Source of the DNA: Octopus sinensis
Taxonomy: Eukaryota
Assembly (NCBI RefSeq): GCF_006345805.1
Contig: NC_043000.1
Coordinates: 72,664,001 to 72,728,000 of the forward strand
DNA: 64,000 nucleotides
Direction: 5' to 3'
Every line of letters begins with the position of its first letter. Position 1 is the first letter of the stretch. The translations under genes were made by a program, and so were the position numbers. The notes beneath the pieces were generated by a model, which saw only the letters and a program-made list of their open reading frames with translations, did not search any database and was not told the DNA's origin. This document shows positions 62,996 to 64,000 of the stretch, in pieces.

Positions 62996-63379
62996 ATGTA
63001 CATATTTAAAACTATAACAGAAAATCAAGTTTGATGTAAATAATTTGTGTATGTGTAACAATAAAAGTATATGTTAACCTGAGAAAATATTGTGCATATA
63101 TTATAGAATTGAAAAGGTAATGATATATGGACATATAAATATGTGGCAAAAGTTAGCAAGGAAGTTATATCTTGCACATGATATGATGAAAAATGTAAAT
63201 GATATACAATATGATTCCAAAGTCCTTTTAGCATTTTAATTACATAAATTAAAATATTACTCTCTACATCATTGTGAAAAATGTGTATGTGTGTATATAT
63301 GGGTTACATATATATATGTATGGTGAATTTTTGGAGGCTTGGTTAGGGAGAACAGAAGGTAAAAAAGAAAGACAGGAAG

Positions 63380-64000
63380 AAAGGTAAGAAAGAAATGTCT
63401 GTAAATCCTAACAAAATTTTTGTAAATAAGAAAAAGAAGCATTACTACAACTGAAGAATGACAACTCAGTCATCCTAAAAGAATCCGATAAGGTTGGGAT
63501 GGTAGTGGTTATGGACAGGGACTACTATAAAGACAAAATATTAGTCGATCTAAGAGACCAAAATTACTATAAGGAATAAACAAGAAATCCAGAAAAACAA
63601 TTATGCATAAAATCAGAACATTATTTAACAAATATCCACACTCCTTCACAGATAAAGAAACAGACTACTTGATATAACTCTGGAAGTGAAGCAAGCAGTT
63701 TCTATGGCTTACCCAAGATCCACAAAAGCTTGGAAATATAGAGAGCTGTAAGTGAACAGAAGGACCAGTACTTAAAAATACTAAGACCCACTGATCTCAA
63801 ATTGAGACCAATAGTTGCTGGGCCATAATCTCCAACACAACAATTAAGTAATCTTTGGGATATACTCATTAATACCTAGTTATATATGAGACAACATGGA
63901 TTTTCTCAAATGCATCTTACCCACTGCCCCAGAAGGGACTATCCTTAGAAGTTTCAATGTTAGTAACCTTTATACTAATATACCTCACACTCAGGACTGA
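63380..64000 (+). pseudogene. Penelope-like RT fragment, runs off the window
   Basis: ILKESDKVGMVVVMD..Y, FYGLPKIHK, LRPIVAG, FNVSNLYTNIP. Confidence 0.88.

Overview
AT-rich, microsatellite-rich eukaryotic (animal) DNA, made almost entirely of transposable elements. The SINE and repeat style suggests a mollusc or cephalopod such as octopus (inference only). No host gene could be called with confidence. Main contents: (1) two young, near full-length Tx1-clade LINEs in head-to-tail tandem, inserted in an (ATT)n microsatellite that also hosts Dong/R4-type RLE retrotransposons on the opposite strand; (2) several Penelope-like element (PLE) remnants, one with an N-terminal Ulp1-like peptidase, and several hammerhead ribozyme motifs; (3) a tRNA-headed SINE-like unit carrying a hammerhead and a Penelope-style inverted tail, nested in a mariner; (4) RTE LINEs, one with a tandemly amplified structured 3' end; (5) a small LTR derivative with a tRNA-Trp PBS and 4-bp TSD, a Gypsy pol remnant, Tc1/mariner/maT, hAT and piggyBac remnants (plus a related MITE), a Helitron 3' end, SINEs, and a 100-N gap. 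The most notable hypotheses are a PLE-mobilised ribozyme SINE and a 62-nt GT-AG intron that would fuse Tx1 ORF1 and ORF2 in frame in both copies. All alignments and RNA folds were done by eye, and the boundaries of degraded elements are approximate.
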